The position numbers and the translations under genes are program-made. Under the pieces are notes generated by a model. That model was not told the DNA's origin. It ran no database searches and saw only the letters and a program-made list of their open reading frames with translations. Positions 1 to 9,458 of a DNA stretch of 42,359 bases are shown piece by piece. Where the stretch lies: contig JAILCW010000054.1 in NCBI GenBank assembly GCA_024690265.1, positions 1 through 42,359 on the forward strand, given 5' to 3'. Position 1 is the first letter of the stretch, and each line of letters starts with the position of its first letter. The DNA is from Lachnospiraceae bacterium (GTDB lineage Bacteria > Bacillota > Clostridia > Lachnospirales > Lachnospiraceae).

Positions 1-1229
1 TTGGTCTTGTTGTTGAACTTCTGTGGATAAAGCTTGTAGAAGTTGTTCAGCTCTGTATTCTTCAGAATCTCAGTATGAAGAGCAGCTACACCATTGACGG
101 AATAACCATAGTGGATATCCATATGTGCCATGTGGACACGATTATCCTTGTCGATGATGTAAGTGGTCTCATCCTTAACACTCTTACGTACACGGTTATC
201 CAATTCACGGATAATCGGAAGCAAGTGCGGTACAACCTCCTCCAAATAATCCATTGGCCACTTCTCCAATGCTTCTGCAAGGATGGTGTGGTTGGTATAT
301 GCGCAAGTCTTGGATACCACATCAATTGCCTCATCCATTGTAAATCCTTCGATCTGAAGCAAACGAATCAACTCAGGAATTACCATGGACGGATGGGTAT
401 CGTTAATCTGGATTGCCACATGCTCATGGAGCTTGTGCAGATCTACGCCACGCTCCTTGGCCTCCAAGAGGATAAGCTGTGCACCATTGGATACCATGAA
501 ATACTGCTGATATACACGAAGCAGCTGGCCCGCTCTATCACTGTCGTCCGGATATAAGAACAGGGTCAAGTTCTTCTCGATATCGTATTTGTCAAAATCA
601 ATGCTATCATTGCCTACCAAGCCATCATCTACCGTATCCAAGTCAAACAAATGCAAATGGTTCACGCCCTTTACCTCATAACCCGGAATGTCAATATCAT
701 ACATAGTAGACTTAACAGTGGTCTTGCGGAATGGTACCTCGAAGGACACATCTCGCTTTACCAACCAATTGTTCTGTGCAATCCAAGGATTCTTCAGTTC
801 CTGCTGCTTGCGATTCTTAAATCTCTGCTCAAACAAACCAAAGTGATAGTTCAATCCGATACCATCACCGCACAATCCTAAGGATGCTACAGAATCTAAG
901 AAACATGCAGCCAATCTGCCCAATCCACCGTTACCCAGAGACGGCTCCAGTTCGCACTCCTCAATCTCTACCAAAGAACGATTGTGTTTAGCCAATGCTG
1001 CTTTTACTTCGTCATACATCCCCAAATTAATCAGGTTATTGGATAATAACTTACCAATTAGGAATTCAGCAGAAATGTAATACAGCTTCTTGTCGCCCTC
1101 AATAGATGGACGGTCTTCCATTTCCTGCTTAGTCATAATCAAAAGCCCCTGTGCAATCTCATCATTGGTGCACTGGTCAATCCCACGACCAAAATACTTC
1201 TTCATCGTAGCTTCAATTCTTGCTTCCAT
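1..1229 (-). CDS. glgP: Glycogen/maltodextrin phosphorylase (GT35), 5' part; runs off the left edge
   Basis: Not in the ORF track because it has no stop in the window. Manual translation from the ATG at 1229 gives [14 protein letters not shown]...[23 protein letters not shown]...[19 protein letters not shown], the glucan phosphorylase signature. Lies directly downstream of malQ and the LacI gene. Confidence 0.93.
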   Translation of the reverse strand, partial: MEARIEATMKKYFGRGIDQCTNDEIAQGLLIMTKQEMEDRPSIEGDKKLYYISAEFLIGKLLSNNLINLGMYDEVKAALAKHNRSLVEIEECELEPSLGNGGLGRLAACFLDSVASLGLCGDGIGLNYHFGLFEQRFKNRKQQELKNPWIAQNNWLVKRDVSFEVPFRKTTVKSTMYDIDIPGYEVKGVNHLHLFDLDTVDDGLVGNDSIDFDKYDIEKNLTLFLYPDDSDRAGQLLRVYQQYFMVSNGAQLILLEAKERGVDLHKLHEHVAIQINDTHPSMVIPELIRLLQIEGFTMDEAIDVVSKTCAYTNHTILAEALEKWPMDYLEEVVPHLLPIIRELDNRVRKSVKDETTYIIDKDNRVHMAHMDIHYGYSVNGVAALHTEILKNTELNNFYKLYPQKFNNKT

Positions 1230-1236
1230 GGAAATA

Positions 1237-2271
1237 TTACTCCTCTCTCGTTATTACCGAGTCACGCTCGATTAAAGTTGCTTCATAAATCTTATGAACC
1301 GGGCCGTTGTCCGCTCCCACCTCTTTCATGAGAAGCTCAACGGAAGACTTAACCATGTCAACTCTTGGCTGATACATGGTAGTCAATCCCGGACACATAT
1401 ATTTGCTAAGTTCAATTCCATCAAATCCAATGACGGAACAATCCTTTGGAACTCGTACACCGGCTTCATCCAGTGCCTTGTAAGCTCCCAAAGTAATCAA
1501 ATCGGACATACAAAACATTGCGGTAAAGGAAACACCGGAAGCAATCAACTCCTTGGCTCCCACATATCCATTCTCCGGTGAAAAGTCCGTCATCTGTGGA
1601 TCCGTGAAGTGTACTAACTCCTCACGATATGGGATTCCATGCTCTGCCAAGGCCCGTCGATATCCAGCCAATCGCTGTGCACTAACGGCGTTGTCGTAAC
1701 GCTGACCTGCCACCAATGCAATATCTCGATGTCCTTTGTTAATCAGATAGGAGACCGCGTTGTATCCTTCTAATTCATCATCAATGCCTACCCAAGGACA
1801 ATTCGGCAACGGATGCTCACTGCTATGAGCAACGGTACAAAGTACATAAGGAATGCCGAGGGCATCCAGTCGCTCCTCCGGGCGTTCCATCTGTCCACCC
1901 AAAAGAATCATGCCCTTCAGTCGCTTCTCCTTCATCAGCTCTGTTGCAACGGTTACAACGTCCTCCTGCCAACTAACGGCATGCAGCAAATAATCAAATC
2001 CATGCTTGCGAAGCTCTACCTCAAACTCTCCAAACATTGACTGGAAAAACACGTTATCAATACCGGTTACAATCAATGCGATGGTATTGGATTCCACCAT
2101 CTTAAGGTTACGAGCGCTGTTGTTGGGAATGTAATTAAACTCCTGAACCACCTGCATGATGCGTTCCTTGGTCTTATCACTGATTCCCGGCTCATTATTG
2201 ATTGCACGCGAAACGGTGCTAACGCCGACGTTGCATATTTTTGCGATATCCTTAATGGTAAGCTGTGCCAT
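1237..2271 (-). CDS. LacI-family transcriptional repressor, probable maltose regulator (MalR-like)
   Basis: N-terminal [24 protein letters not shown], hinge [10 protein letters not shown], sugar-binding domain with VIGFDG...PGLTTM; embedded in the malQ-phosphorylase operon. Confidence 0.93.
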   Translation of the reverse strand: MAQLTIKDIAKICNVGVSTVSRAINNEPGISDKTKERIMQVVQEFNYIPNNSARNLKMVESNTIALIVTGIDNVFFQSMFGEFEVELRKHGFDYLLHAVSWQEDVVTVATELMKEKRLKGMILLGGQMERPEERLDALGIPYVLCTVAHSSEHPLPNCPWVGIDDELEGYNAVSYLINKGHRDIALVAGQRYDNAVSAQRLAGYRRALAEHGIPYREELVHFTDPQMTDFSPENGYVGAKELIASGVSFTAMFCMSDLITLGAYKALDEAGVRVPKDCSVIGFDGIELSKYMCPGLTTMYQPRVDMVKSSVELLMKEVGADNGPVHKIYEATLIERDSVITREE

Positions 2272-2273
2272 AA

Positions 2274-3773
2274 CTAACCTCTTCCGTAAATTCTTGTAAG
2301 AGTCCGAATCTTACGTAATGTCATCTCATCCAGCTGCTTGGATTGTAATCTCCACTTCCAGTTCTTGCCGGTGGTAGATGGCATATTAATTCTTGCATGA
2401 TTATCCAGCTTCAGATAATCCTGTATCGGGATAATACAAATATTGGCTGTAGAAGCCTGTGCCTGACGAACCAACTTGTCTGTTAGTACACCATAGTCCC
2501 TGGACTTCTCATCACAGTAGTTCTGAACCTGGCGGAACTCTGCCGGCGTAATATTACCCAGCCAGCCACGCAAGGTCTCATTGTCATGAGTGCCTGTGTA
2601 TACCACACAATTCTTGTCATAATTAAATGGCAAGTAATCATTGGTCTCCTCAGAATCCTTCTGATCTCTTGCGTCAAAAGCGAACTCCAAGACCTTCATG
2701 TTCGGGAATCCTGTATCACGAACCAGCTTACGCACACTGTCCGTAATGTATCCCAAATCCTCCGCGATGATATTCAGCTCACCCAGAGCGTCCTTAATCG
2801 CTGTAAATAACTCTAATCCCGGGCCATCTTCCCAAGAACCATTAACTGCGTTCTCAGAACCTGCCGGAATACTGTAATACTGGTCAAATCCACGGAAGTG
2901 ATCGATTCGAATCATGTCATATAATTCGTTGCACTTCTTCATACGCTGAATCCACCATGCAAAGCCCGTCTTCTTGTGATAATCCCACAGATATAAAGGA
3001 TTACCCCATAGCTGACCGGTAGCAGAAAATCCATCCGGCGGGCAACCTGCAACTGCTGTTGGATTACCCTCTTCATCCATCTGGAACAATTCCGGATGCG
3101 CCCATACATCAGAACTATCCTCGGCTACATAAATCGGAATATCGCCAATAATCTGAACCTTGCGCTCATTGGCGTATGCCTTCAACTCATACCACTGGGT
3201 ATAGAACTGATACTGTAACCACTCGTAGAATCGAATCTCGTCAGCGTGCTTCGCTACAAACTTCTCAATTGCCTTCTCCTCGTGGTGACGTAAGCCACTC
3301 TCCCACTGGAAAAAGCTCTTGCCGCCATTAGCATCCTTGATTGCCATAAACAATGCATAATCCCGAATCCAAAACTCATTCTCCTTCAGGAATGCATCAA
3401 ACTTGCTATCCTTCGCATCTCCTACATTTGCAAATGCCTTACGCAAAACGCGATATCTGGATATGTACATCTGACCATAGTCAATATCATCCTCACGTCT
3501 GCCAAAATCTGTTCGATCACATTCTTCACGTGTTAACAGCCCATCCGCAATCAACTTCTCTAAATCAATGAAGTATGGATTGCCCGCGAATGTAGAAAAA
3601 GACTGATAAGGGGAATCACCATAACTGGTAGGCCCCACCGGCAAAATCTGCCAATACTTCTGCTTAGCCTCAGCAAGAAAATCCACAAACTTGTATGCCT
3701 CTTTGGAAAAGCATCCAATTCCATACTTGCCCGGAAGCGAAAAAATCGGCATTAAAATACCACTCGCTCTCAT
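2274..3773 (-). CDS. malQ: 4-alpha-glucanotransferase (amylomaltase, GH77)
   Basis: Motifs GILMPIFSLP, WQILPVGPT, SPYQSFSTFAGNP, IRIDHFRGF, AEDLG, YTGTHDN. Confidence 0.97.
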   Translation of the reverse strand: MRASGILMPIFSLPGKYGIGCFSKEAYKFVDFLAEAKQKYWQILPVGPTSYGDSPYQSFSTFAGNPYFIDLEKLIADGLLTREECDRTDFGRREDDIDYGQMYISRYRVLRKAFANVGDAKDSKFDAFLKENEFWIRDYALFMAIKDANGGKSFFQWESGLRHHEEKAIEKFVAKHADEIRFYEWLQYQFYTQWYELKAYANERKVQIIGDIPIYVAEDSSDVWAHPELFQMDEEGNPTAVAGCPPDGFSATGQLWGNPLYLWDYHKKTGFAWWIQRMKKCNELYDMIRIDHFRGFDQYYSIPAGSENAVNGSWEDGPGLELFTAIKDALGELNIIAEDLGYITDSVRKLVRDTGFPNMKVLEFAFDARDQKDSEETNDYLPFNYDKNCVVYTGTHDNETLRGWLGNITPAEFRQVQNYCDEKSRDYGVLTDKLVRQAQASTANICIIPIQDYLKLDNHARINMPSTTGKNWKWRLQSKQLDEMTLRKIRTLTRIYGRG

Positions 3774-3797
3774 ACCTATCCTCCTATGAATATCAGA

Positions 3798-3859
3798 GAC
3801 GGTAACGTTTCTGTAAACACTTTTTGTTTCCGTATTTCTCTATGACGGTAACGTTTCCA
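3798..3859. promoter_or_regulatory. Two LacI-type operators upstream of malQ
   Basis: Identical 14-mer GACGGTAACGTTTC at 3798-3811 and 3844-3857, a near-palindrome around a central CG typical of LacI sites; lies between the promoter and the RBS. Confidence 0.85.
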
Positions 3860-3864
3860 ATATC

Positions 3865-3893
3865 AATGTATCATGTTTCAAATTCGAATGCAA
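3865..3893 (-). promoter_or_regulatory. Sigma-A promoter of malQ-lacI-glgP
   Basis: Minus strand TTGCAT-17 bp-TACATT with an extended TG. Confidence 0.7.
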
Positions 3894-3916
3894 TACAAAC
3901 ATGGTTCTTTCAAGAA

Positions 3917-3953
3917 AAAGGCCTGTCAATACACGCCGCACTGACAGGTCTTT
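3917..3953 (-). terminator. Intrinsic terminator of the sugar ABC operon
   Basis: Minus strand AAAGACCTGTCA-13 nt-TGACAGGCCTTT followed by TTCTT. Confidence 0.75.
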
Positions 3954-3977
3954 CCTAAAATTCTTATTATTTTTATC

Positions 3978-4850
3978 TTAGCCTTTGACTGCTCCATCAA
4001 TCATTCCCTGAACGATTTGCTTCTGTCCAAAGAGGAAGAAGATAATCATTGGAATAATTGCAAGCAATGCAGCTGCCATAATCATGCTCCACTCAGTTAC
4101 ATAAGAACCGATGAAAGACTGTACTGCAACCGGAATCGTCTTGTTCTTGCCGGCCAAGCCCAACATCATGGATGGAAGCAAGAAGTCATTCCAAATCCAC
4201 ATACCGTTCAAGATGGTTACTGTCATGATAACCGGCTTCAACAGCGGGAAAATAATCTGGAAGAAAATCTGTTCCGGCGCACAACCGTCAATGGATGCAG
4301 CCTCTTCCAACTCATATGGAATACCCTTGATGAATCCAACCAGGATAAATACGGTCATGGCGCCACCAAATCCCAGGTACGCAAAAACGATACCAGGAAT
4401 GGACTGAATCATCGGGATTCCGATAAATTTTCCTACATCACGGAAGGTTGCCACCAACGGAAGCATAACAACCTGGAACGGAATAATCATGGAGGCAATA
4501 AAGGTGAAATAAATAAATGCCGCCCACTTTTTGCTCTGGTTTCTGCTGATGACCCATGCAGCCATGGAGCCAAACAGAATCAATAGTCCGGTAGACAATA
4601 CCGTAATGATTAAGGAACTAGCAAATGCTCTCCAAAAATTGAAGTGCGTGTTGTTGATAACACCGGTAATGTTGATGATCAACTGTTGAAAACTTGCTCC
4701 TGCAAGACCAACCGGATCGTTGGTAATGGCTGTGGTATTCTTGGCAGAGTTCACACATACCATATAGAACGGGAACAAAATATAAATCGCTACAATGATT
4801 GCAAGTATGGTCTCCATGACCAATACATATTTTTTCGGAGTTCGATTCAT
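3978..4850 (-). CDS. Carbohydrate ABC transporter permease (MalG-like)
   Basis: Multiple TM segments, EAA loop IPYELEEAASIDG, WNDFLLP motif. Confidence 0.93.
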   Translation of the reverse strand: MNRTPKKYVLVMETILAIIVAIYILFPFYMVCVNSAKNTTAITNDPVGLAGASFQQLIINITGVINNTHFNFWRAFASSLIITVLSTGLLILFGSMAAWVISRNQSKKWAAFIYFTFIASMIIPFQVVMLPLVATFRDVGKFIGIPMIQSIPGIVFAYLGFGGAMTVFILVGFIKGIPYELEEAASIDGCAPEQIFFQIIFPLLKPVIMTVTILNGMWIWNDFLLPSMMLGLAGKNKTIPVAVQSFIGSYVTEWSMIMAAALLAIIPMIIFFLFGQKQIVQGMIDGAVKG

Positions 4851-5929
4851 TACAGTGTCACCTCCTTCTTGTTGGATGTGCGTACCTGAATAATGGATAC
4901 CACTGCCAAAATAATGAAGAACAATACCGCCTTGGCCTGAGACAGTGCATACTGGTTCTGGCTGATTGCGGTGCTATAGATATTCAATGCCAACATCTCC
5001 GTACCGTTGGTGATATAAGCACCCATGAAATCTGCAATGGAGCCGGATCCATTGGTCATTGCCAAGTTGACATCAAACTGCTTGAACGCAGAGGTCAACG
5101 TCAAGAATGTACAAATCGTGATGGTCGGTGCAATCATCGGAATCTTGATTTTGGTCAGAGTCTGCCATGGGTTGGCTCCATCGATAGATGCCGCCTCAAG
5201 AGTATCTGCCGGCACACCGGTCAAACCGGTAATGTAAATCAACATGATATAACCGCCATACTGCCATATATATACAATAACAATTGCTGCTATCGCTGTC
5301 GGAGTCTCAGAAAGCATGGACTTGGTTGCCAGCATATTGGTCAATACGCTTGTAAAAATGAACTTCCAAATATAGCCCAATACAATTCCGCCAATTAAGT
5401 TTGGCAAGAAGTAAGATGCGCGGAAAAAGCCCAATGCTTTAATCTTGGTTGTGCACAAAAGAGCAAGCAAAAATCCAATCAAATTTACCAAGATTACATT
5501 AAAGAATACGAATAAAAAAGTAATTAAAATTGACCACAAAAATCCCGGCTGGCGGAACATACGAACATAGTTTTCCAATCCAACTACATTGCGTACACGA
5601 ATTCCATCCCAGTCAGTAAAGGAATAACCAATACCAAAGAATAAAGGAATAATAACCGTTACCAAAAAGGTAGCCAAAAGCGGAAACAGGAAAAGTCCAT
5701 ATACAATGGTCCTGTGGTATTTTAATGTAGGAAATAGATATATTCCTACGATTGCCAGAATAATACCCACAACCAGTATTGCGCCTCGGATATCCAAATT
5801 ACCATTGCCCAAGTCGATATAAAACTTGAGTCCAAGGAAGTCCAGTACCAACGCAAAAACCAATAAAGCAATACCGGCGATAAGCAGTGCAAAAGACGTC
5901 ACCCTTCGTCCTACGCTAAACGTCGTCAT
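4850..5929 (-). CDS. Carbohydrate ABC transporter permease (MalF-like)
   Basis: EAA loop VPADTLEAASIDGAN, YSFTDWDG, GLENY. Start placed at ATG 5929, 10 nt after GGAGG, rather than at the ORF-track start 5962. Confidence 0.9.
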   Translation of the reverse strand: MTTFSVGRRVTSFALLIAGIALLVFALVLDFLGLKFYIDLGNGNLDIRGAILVVGIILAIVGIYLFPTLKYHRTIVYGLFLFPLLATFLVTVIIPLFFGIGYSFTDWDGIRVRNVVGLENYVRMFRQPGFLWSILITFLFVFFNVILVNLIGFLLALLCTTKIKALGFFRASYFLPNLIGGIVLGYIWKFIFTSVLTNMLATKSMLSETPTAIAAIVIVYIWQYGGYIMLIYITGLTGVPADTLEAASIDGANPWQTLTKIKIPMIAPTITICTFLTLTSAFKQFDVNLAMTNGSGSIADFMGAYITNGTEMLALNIYSTAISQNQYALSQAKAVLFFIILAVVSIIQVRTSNKKEVTL

Positions 5930-5963
5930 ACCTAACATTCCTCCCTTCCATACATTCAACAAT

Positions 5964-5997
5964 TATAGCGGGCGCCGAAGTAGGGTCGCCCGCTATA
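5964..5997. other. Intercistronic hairpin 3' of the solute-binding protein gene (mRNA stabiliser or partial terminator)
   Basis: Perfect 11-bp inverted repeat TATAGCGGGCG / CGCCCGCTATA, no strong T-tract. Confidence 0.65.
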
Positions 5998-6034
5998 CAA
6001 TTAAACACTCACCTAAATGTTAGACGGGATTCTA

Positions 6035-7357
6035 TTACTGTGCGTAATAAGCCTCGCAAACCTTGCTGATGGTCTCAACAAATCCTGCTACGTCTAATTT
6101 ACCATTTGCAAAGTCTTCGAATACTACGCTGGTATCATTCTGAAGACCATCCTTCTTCTCGAAGGTATGCATTGGAGATAACTTACCATTTGCCTTGTAA
6201 GTATTCACTGCTGCAGCGAACGGATCGCTTGGTACATCAGATACAGTGTTGAAAGGAGATACGAAACCACAATCGTTAACGAAGGACTTCTGTGCTGTCT
6301 CCTCAGAGCACCACTGCAAGAATGCCTTTGCAGCATCTACATTACCGTCAGAATATACTGCCCAGTAAGAAGTAGCGCCACCACAGATTGTATCGATACC
6401 ATCTGCGAATGCGAATGGAGCAATACCACACTTGAATCCGCTGTAATCAGCACTGCTGGTTAAGTTTGCACCAAACCAGGAACCCTGTGTAATGAAAGCA
6501 GCCTTACCCTGTGCGAACAAAGCAACTTCCTGGTCATAGTTACCGGTAGTAGCGATGGTCTGATTGCTGTGCTGCTGAAGCAGGTCAATAAACTCAGCAA
6601 ACTGAGTCATTCTGTCAGCATCAATCTTACCACCATCCTGAAGAAGGTCGAACCACTTGGAATCAGCACCAGCAGCAAGACCAGCATCTAAGTACTGACC
6701 AAACATATGAGTACCGGTAGACCATCCAAGCTCTGCAGCATTTGCGCCATAAGAAACAACTGCTGTTAATCCAAGCTCATCCTTCTTAGCCTCAAGTGTC
6801 TCGAAAGCAGCCTTATATCCTGCTGGGCTGGTCAATGTAGATGGATCTACGCCAGCTGCATCAAGAACGTCTGCGTTGTAAGCAATACCCCAAGCCTCAA
6901 CCATGTACGGGAAGCCTACGGTGCCATCACCGTTTACATACTCAAGCTCTGTATTCTTGGTCCACTCCTGATCGGACATATCAGCGAGCATACCCTCCCA
7001 GTTTGCGAACTGATTTGCCTCAGCCACAAAGATGTCAGGCATTGTTCCAGCCTGATAATCCTTCTTCAAGGTATCAGATGCGGTTGCGCTATTAGAACCA
7101 CCAACGGTCTGAATCTCAACAGCCTGTCCGCTCTCTGCGGTATAAGCAGCTGCCAAAGCCTGAAGCTGTTCATTGATCTCAGGCTTACCATTCAACAATA
7201 CGATTGCATCCCCACTAGCTGCAGTCTCAGTTGTAGCTGTTGATGCAGATGCATCACCGCCGGCGCTTGCGCTCTCATCACCTGCGCTAACACCACAAGC
7301 AACAAGCGAAGATACCATAGCTGTTGCTAACAAAACAGATAACAATTTCTTCTTCAT
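6035..7357 (-). CDS. Sugar ABC transporter solute-binding lipoprotein, probably maltooligosaccharide
   Basis: MKKKLLSVLLATAMVSSLVAC lipobox, Ala/Ser/Thr linker, family 1 SBP motifs (MPDIF, FAQGKAAFITQGSW); GAGGG RBS supports a start at 7357; substrate inferred from context. Confidence 0.9.
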   Translation of the reverse strand: MKKKLLSVLLATAMVSSLVACGVSAGDESASAGGDASASTATTETAASGDAIVLLNGKPEINEQLQALAAAYTAESGQAVEIQTVGGSNSATASDTLKKDYQAGTMPDIFVAEANQFANWEGMLADMSDQEWTKNTELEYVNGDGTVGFPYMVEAWGIAYNADVLDAAGVDPSTLTSPAGYKAAFETLEAKKDELGLTAVVSYGANAAELGWSTGTHMFGQYLDAGLAAGADSKWFDLLQDGGKIDADRMTQFAEFIDLLQQHSNQTIATTGNYDQEVALFAQGKAAFITQGSWFGANLTSSADYSGFKCGIAPFAFADGIDTICGGATSYWAVYSDGNVDAAKAFLQWCSEETAQKSFVNDCGFVSPFNTVSDVPSDPFAAAVNTYKANGKLSPMHTFEKKDGLQNDTSVVFEDFANGKLDVAGFVETISKVCEAYYAQ

Positions 7358-7450
7358 AAATTTCTCCCTCACCTTTTAAAAATACTGAAAAAACGTTGCT
7401 ACGAATAATCTGTATATGAATCGCGCGCCAGATTACCCGTCTATGGTTGC

Positions 7451-7479
7451 ATTGTAGCACGGTCTCGTTCCCATGACAA
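7451..7479 (-). promoter_or_regulatory. Sigma-A promoter of the sugar ABC operon with a degenerate operator in the spacer
   Basis: Minus strand TTGTCA-17 bp-TACAAT with TG extension; spacer reads ACGGTCTCGTTCCC on the plus strand versus ACGGTAACGTTTCC at malQ. Confidence 0.7.
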
Positions 7480-7611
7480 GTATTTTTTGTAATTATTGAA
7501 CATAAAAGCTGATTTTTGTTATCGATTTCATTGTTCAATATGCCCTCAGCTTATTCCCACACTGTGTAATAAAGTCGTGATTTTGTATAAACCAAGGCAT
7601 TTCATGGAGTT

Positions 7612-7631
7612 TTTCGGAAACGTTTCCGAAA
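7612..7631. promoter_or_regulatory. LacI-type operator, perfect palindrome
   Basis: TTTCGGAAACGTTTCCGAAA, a 20-bp perfect palindrome upstream of the ABC operon promoter. Confidence 0.85.
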
Positions 7632-7731
7632 CTACGTCTTTTTAATGGAGTTCACTTGTTTTCCCGCAAACTCCATTTTTATTTTTGAGAGCTTCTTGCT
7701 CTACAACCATCATAAGAATGTATCCCTATAA

Positions 7732-8922
7732 CTAGTTCGGATACTCTGTTTGTACAAAACGGCGAAGCGCTTCTAGGGAACGTTCCACCTTCTCCGTATC
7801 TATGCAATAGGCCATACGGAAATAGCCAGGACAACCGAAATTGTCCGCCGGCACCAGAATCAAATCATACTTCAGTGCCTTCTTGCAAAATGCCACGCTA
7901 TCCTCTTCCAAAGCCTTCGGAAGAATATAGAATGTGCCATTGGGCTTGACCACCTCAAATCCAAGTCTAACCAGCTCCTCGTACAACAAGTTACGATTGC
8001 GCTCATAGATACTGATATCACTGGTCTTGTCTATCACCCGGGCAACCGCCTGCTGCACCGTAGACGACGGGCAGTTGTGGCCGATACCTCGGCTGATCTG
8101 TCCACAAATCACTGCTAATATATCTGCATCAGTCGCCCTTGGATTGACTGCAATATATCCAATACGCTCTCCCGGAAGGCTCAAACTCTTGGAGAATGAA
8201 TAGCAGGACAGGGTATTGTCATAATAGCGACTTGGATACGGAGCCGTAGCTCCATCAAATACAATCTCGCGATATGGTTCGTCGCTGATCAGGAAAATAT
8301 CATGACCATATTCCTCTGCCTTGGCATATAGAATCTTGGCCAACGCTCGCAGCGTCTCCTCTGAATAAACAACACCGGATGGGTTATTCGGAGAATTAAT
8401 CAGCACCGCCTGAACTTCTGGTCCAAGCATCTCGCAGAATGCATCCATATTAATCTGAAAATCTGTCGTATTCGCAGGAACAACCTCCAGACGCGCCCCC
8501 GTATCATTCACATAGGGAATGTATTCCGGGAAGAACGGCGCAAAGGTAAGCACCACATCACCGGGCTGGGTTACCAGACGAATGGCATGAGCCAATGCAC
8601 CGGCAGCACCACTGGTCATAAAAATATGCTCGGTCTCATAAGGAATACCAAACCGCTCGGCCAGGCTATGGGCCACAATGCCGCGTACCTCGGTATTACC
8701 AAGAGAAGGACTATATCCGTGCAAGTCCATCGGACTCAAGGTCTGGTGTAACTCGATAACTGCTTCGGTATATTCCGGTACACAAGGTACGGAAGGGTTG
8801 CCCAAGCTATAATCGAATACATTGTCATAACCAATCTCCTGCCCCCGCGCCGTTGCATATTCACTCAGCTCGCGAATCACAGATTTTGCTGACAGTCTTT
8901 GTTTGTATGTTTCGTTTATCAT
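7732..8922 (-). CDS. PLP-dependent class I/II aminotransferase (aspartate aminotransferase-like)
   Basis: DYSLGNP, INSPNNPSG, ISDEPYRE, SFSKSLSLPGERIGY (PLP lysine). Confidence 0.93.
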   Translation of the reverse strand: MINETYKQRLSAKSVIRELSEYATARGQEIGYDNVFDYSLGNPSVPCVPEYTEAVIELHQTLSPMDLHGYSPSLGNTEVRGIVAHSLAERFGIPYETEHIFMTSGAAGALAHAIRLVTQPGDVVLTFAPFFPEYIPYVNDTGARLEVVPANTTDFQINMDAFCEMLGPEVQAVLINSPNNPSGVVYSEETLRALAKILYAKAEEYGHDIFLISDEPYREIVFDGATAPYPSRYYDNTLSCYSFSKSLSLPGERIGYIAVNPRATDADILAVICGQISRGIGHNCPSSTVQQAVARVIDKTSDISIYERNRNLLYEELVRLGFEVVKPNGTFYILPKALEEDSVAFCKKALKYDLILVPADNFGCPGYFRMAYCIDTEKVERSLEALRRFVQTEYPN

Positions 8923-8943
8923 TTTTCCTTTTTCCTTACTATT

Positions 8944-8974
8944 TCATTTTACGGAAACGTTTCCTAAAATGCAA
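8944..8974 (-). promoter_or_regulatory. Aminotransferase promoter with a LacI-type operator in the spacer
   Basis: Minus strand TTGCAT-tttaGGAAACGTTTCCg-TAAAAT (17-bp spacer); palindromic core at 8953-8964. Confidence 0.8.
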
Positions 8975-9003
8975 CAAAACCCCTGCAATTAGCAGAGGTT
9001 TTG
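8975..9003 (-). terminator. Terminator downstream of trxA
   Basis: Inverted repeat CAAAACCCCTGC-AATTA-GCAGAGGTTTTG. Confidence 0.65.
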
Positions 9004-9052
9004 CTTATTTTTGTGTTGTTTTCCCAAATTCACAAATGTCGTTTTGTGCAAT

Positions 9053-9364
9053 TTATTGATTGATTAAATCAATCAGGGCCTCCTTGGACTGAACGCCAAC
9101 TGCCTTAGCAGAAAGCTCACCGTTCTTAAATACCAACAGTGTAGGAATAGACATAATGTTGTAACGCTCTGCAATTGCACCAGCCTCATCAACATCTACC
9201 TTACCAACCTTCACGTCATCCATCTCATCAGCCAAAGCCTCTACGATAGGTCCCTGCTTCTGGCATGGTCCACACCATGTAGCCCAAAAGTCAACCAATA
9301 CCGGCTTGTCAGACTGTAATACTTCCTGCTCAAAATTATTCTCATTTAAAATAATAGCTGCCAT
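9053..9364 (-). CDS. trxA: Thioredoxin
   Basis: VLVDFWATWCGPC active site, SIPTL cis-Pro loop, 103 aa. Confidence 0.97.
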   Translation of the reverse strand: MAAIILNENNFEQEVLQSDKPVLVDFWATWCGPCQKQGPIVEALADEMDDVKVGKVDVDEAGAIAERYNIMSIPTLLVFKNGELSAKAVGVQSKEALIDLINQ

Positions 9365-9409
9365 ATTCTATCTCCTCCTTAATTTACTTACTGTCATCTT
9401 GTTGGCATT

Positions 9410-9439
9410 ATTATAACACCCTTTTTAAATTGTTGTCAA
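9410..9439 (-). promoter_or_regulatory. Consensus sigma-A promoter of trxA
   Basis: TTGACA-18 bp-TATAAT with an extended TG. Confidence 0.8.
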
Positions 9440-9458
9440 TTAGATTTTACACAATTTA

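Noticed and set aside
75-557. 160-aa plus-strand ORF and other short ORFs in 1-1275
   Set aside because: Shadows of the glucan phosphorylase gene on the minus strand.
7287-7538. 83-aa minus-strand ORF upstream of the SBP gene as a leader peptide
   Set aside because: Spans the promoter and overlaps the SBP start in another frame; no RBS.
7644-7677. Inverted repeat AATGGAGTT / AACTCCATT as the aminotransferase terminator
   Set aside because: The T-tract is on the plus strand, the wrong side for the minus-strand gene; function unclear.
9426-9458. TAAATTGT / ACAATTTA inverted repeat at the trxA -35 as a Rex or PerR site
   Set aside because: Spacing and sequence do not fit those consensus sites; could be chance in AT-rich DNA or a weak terminator.
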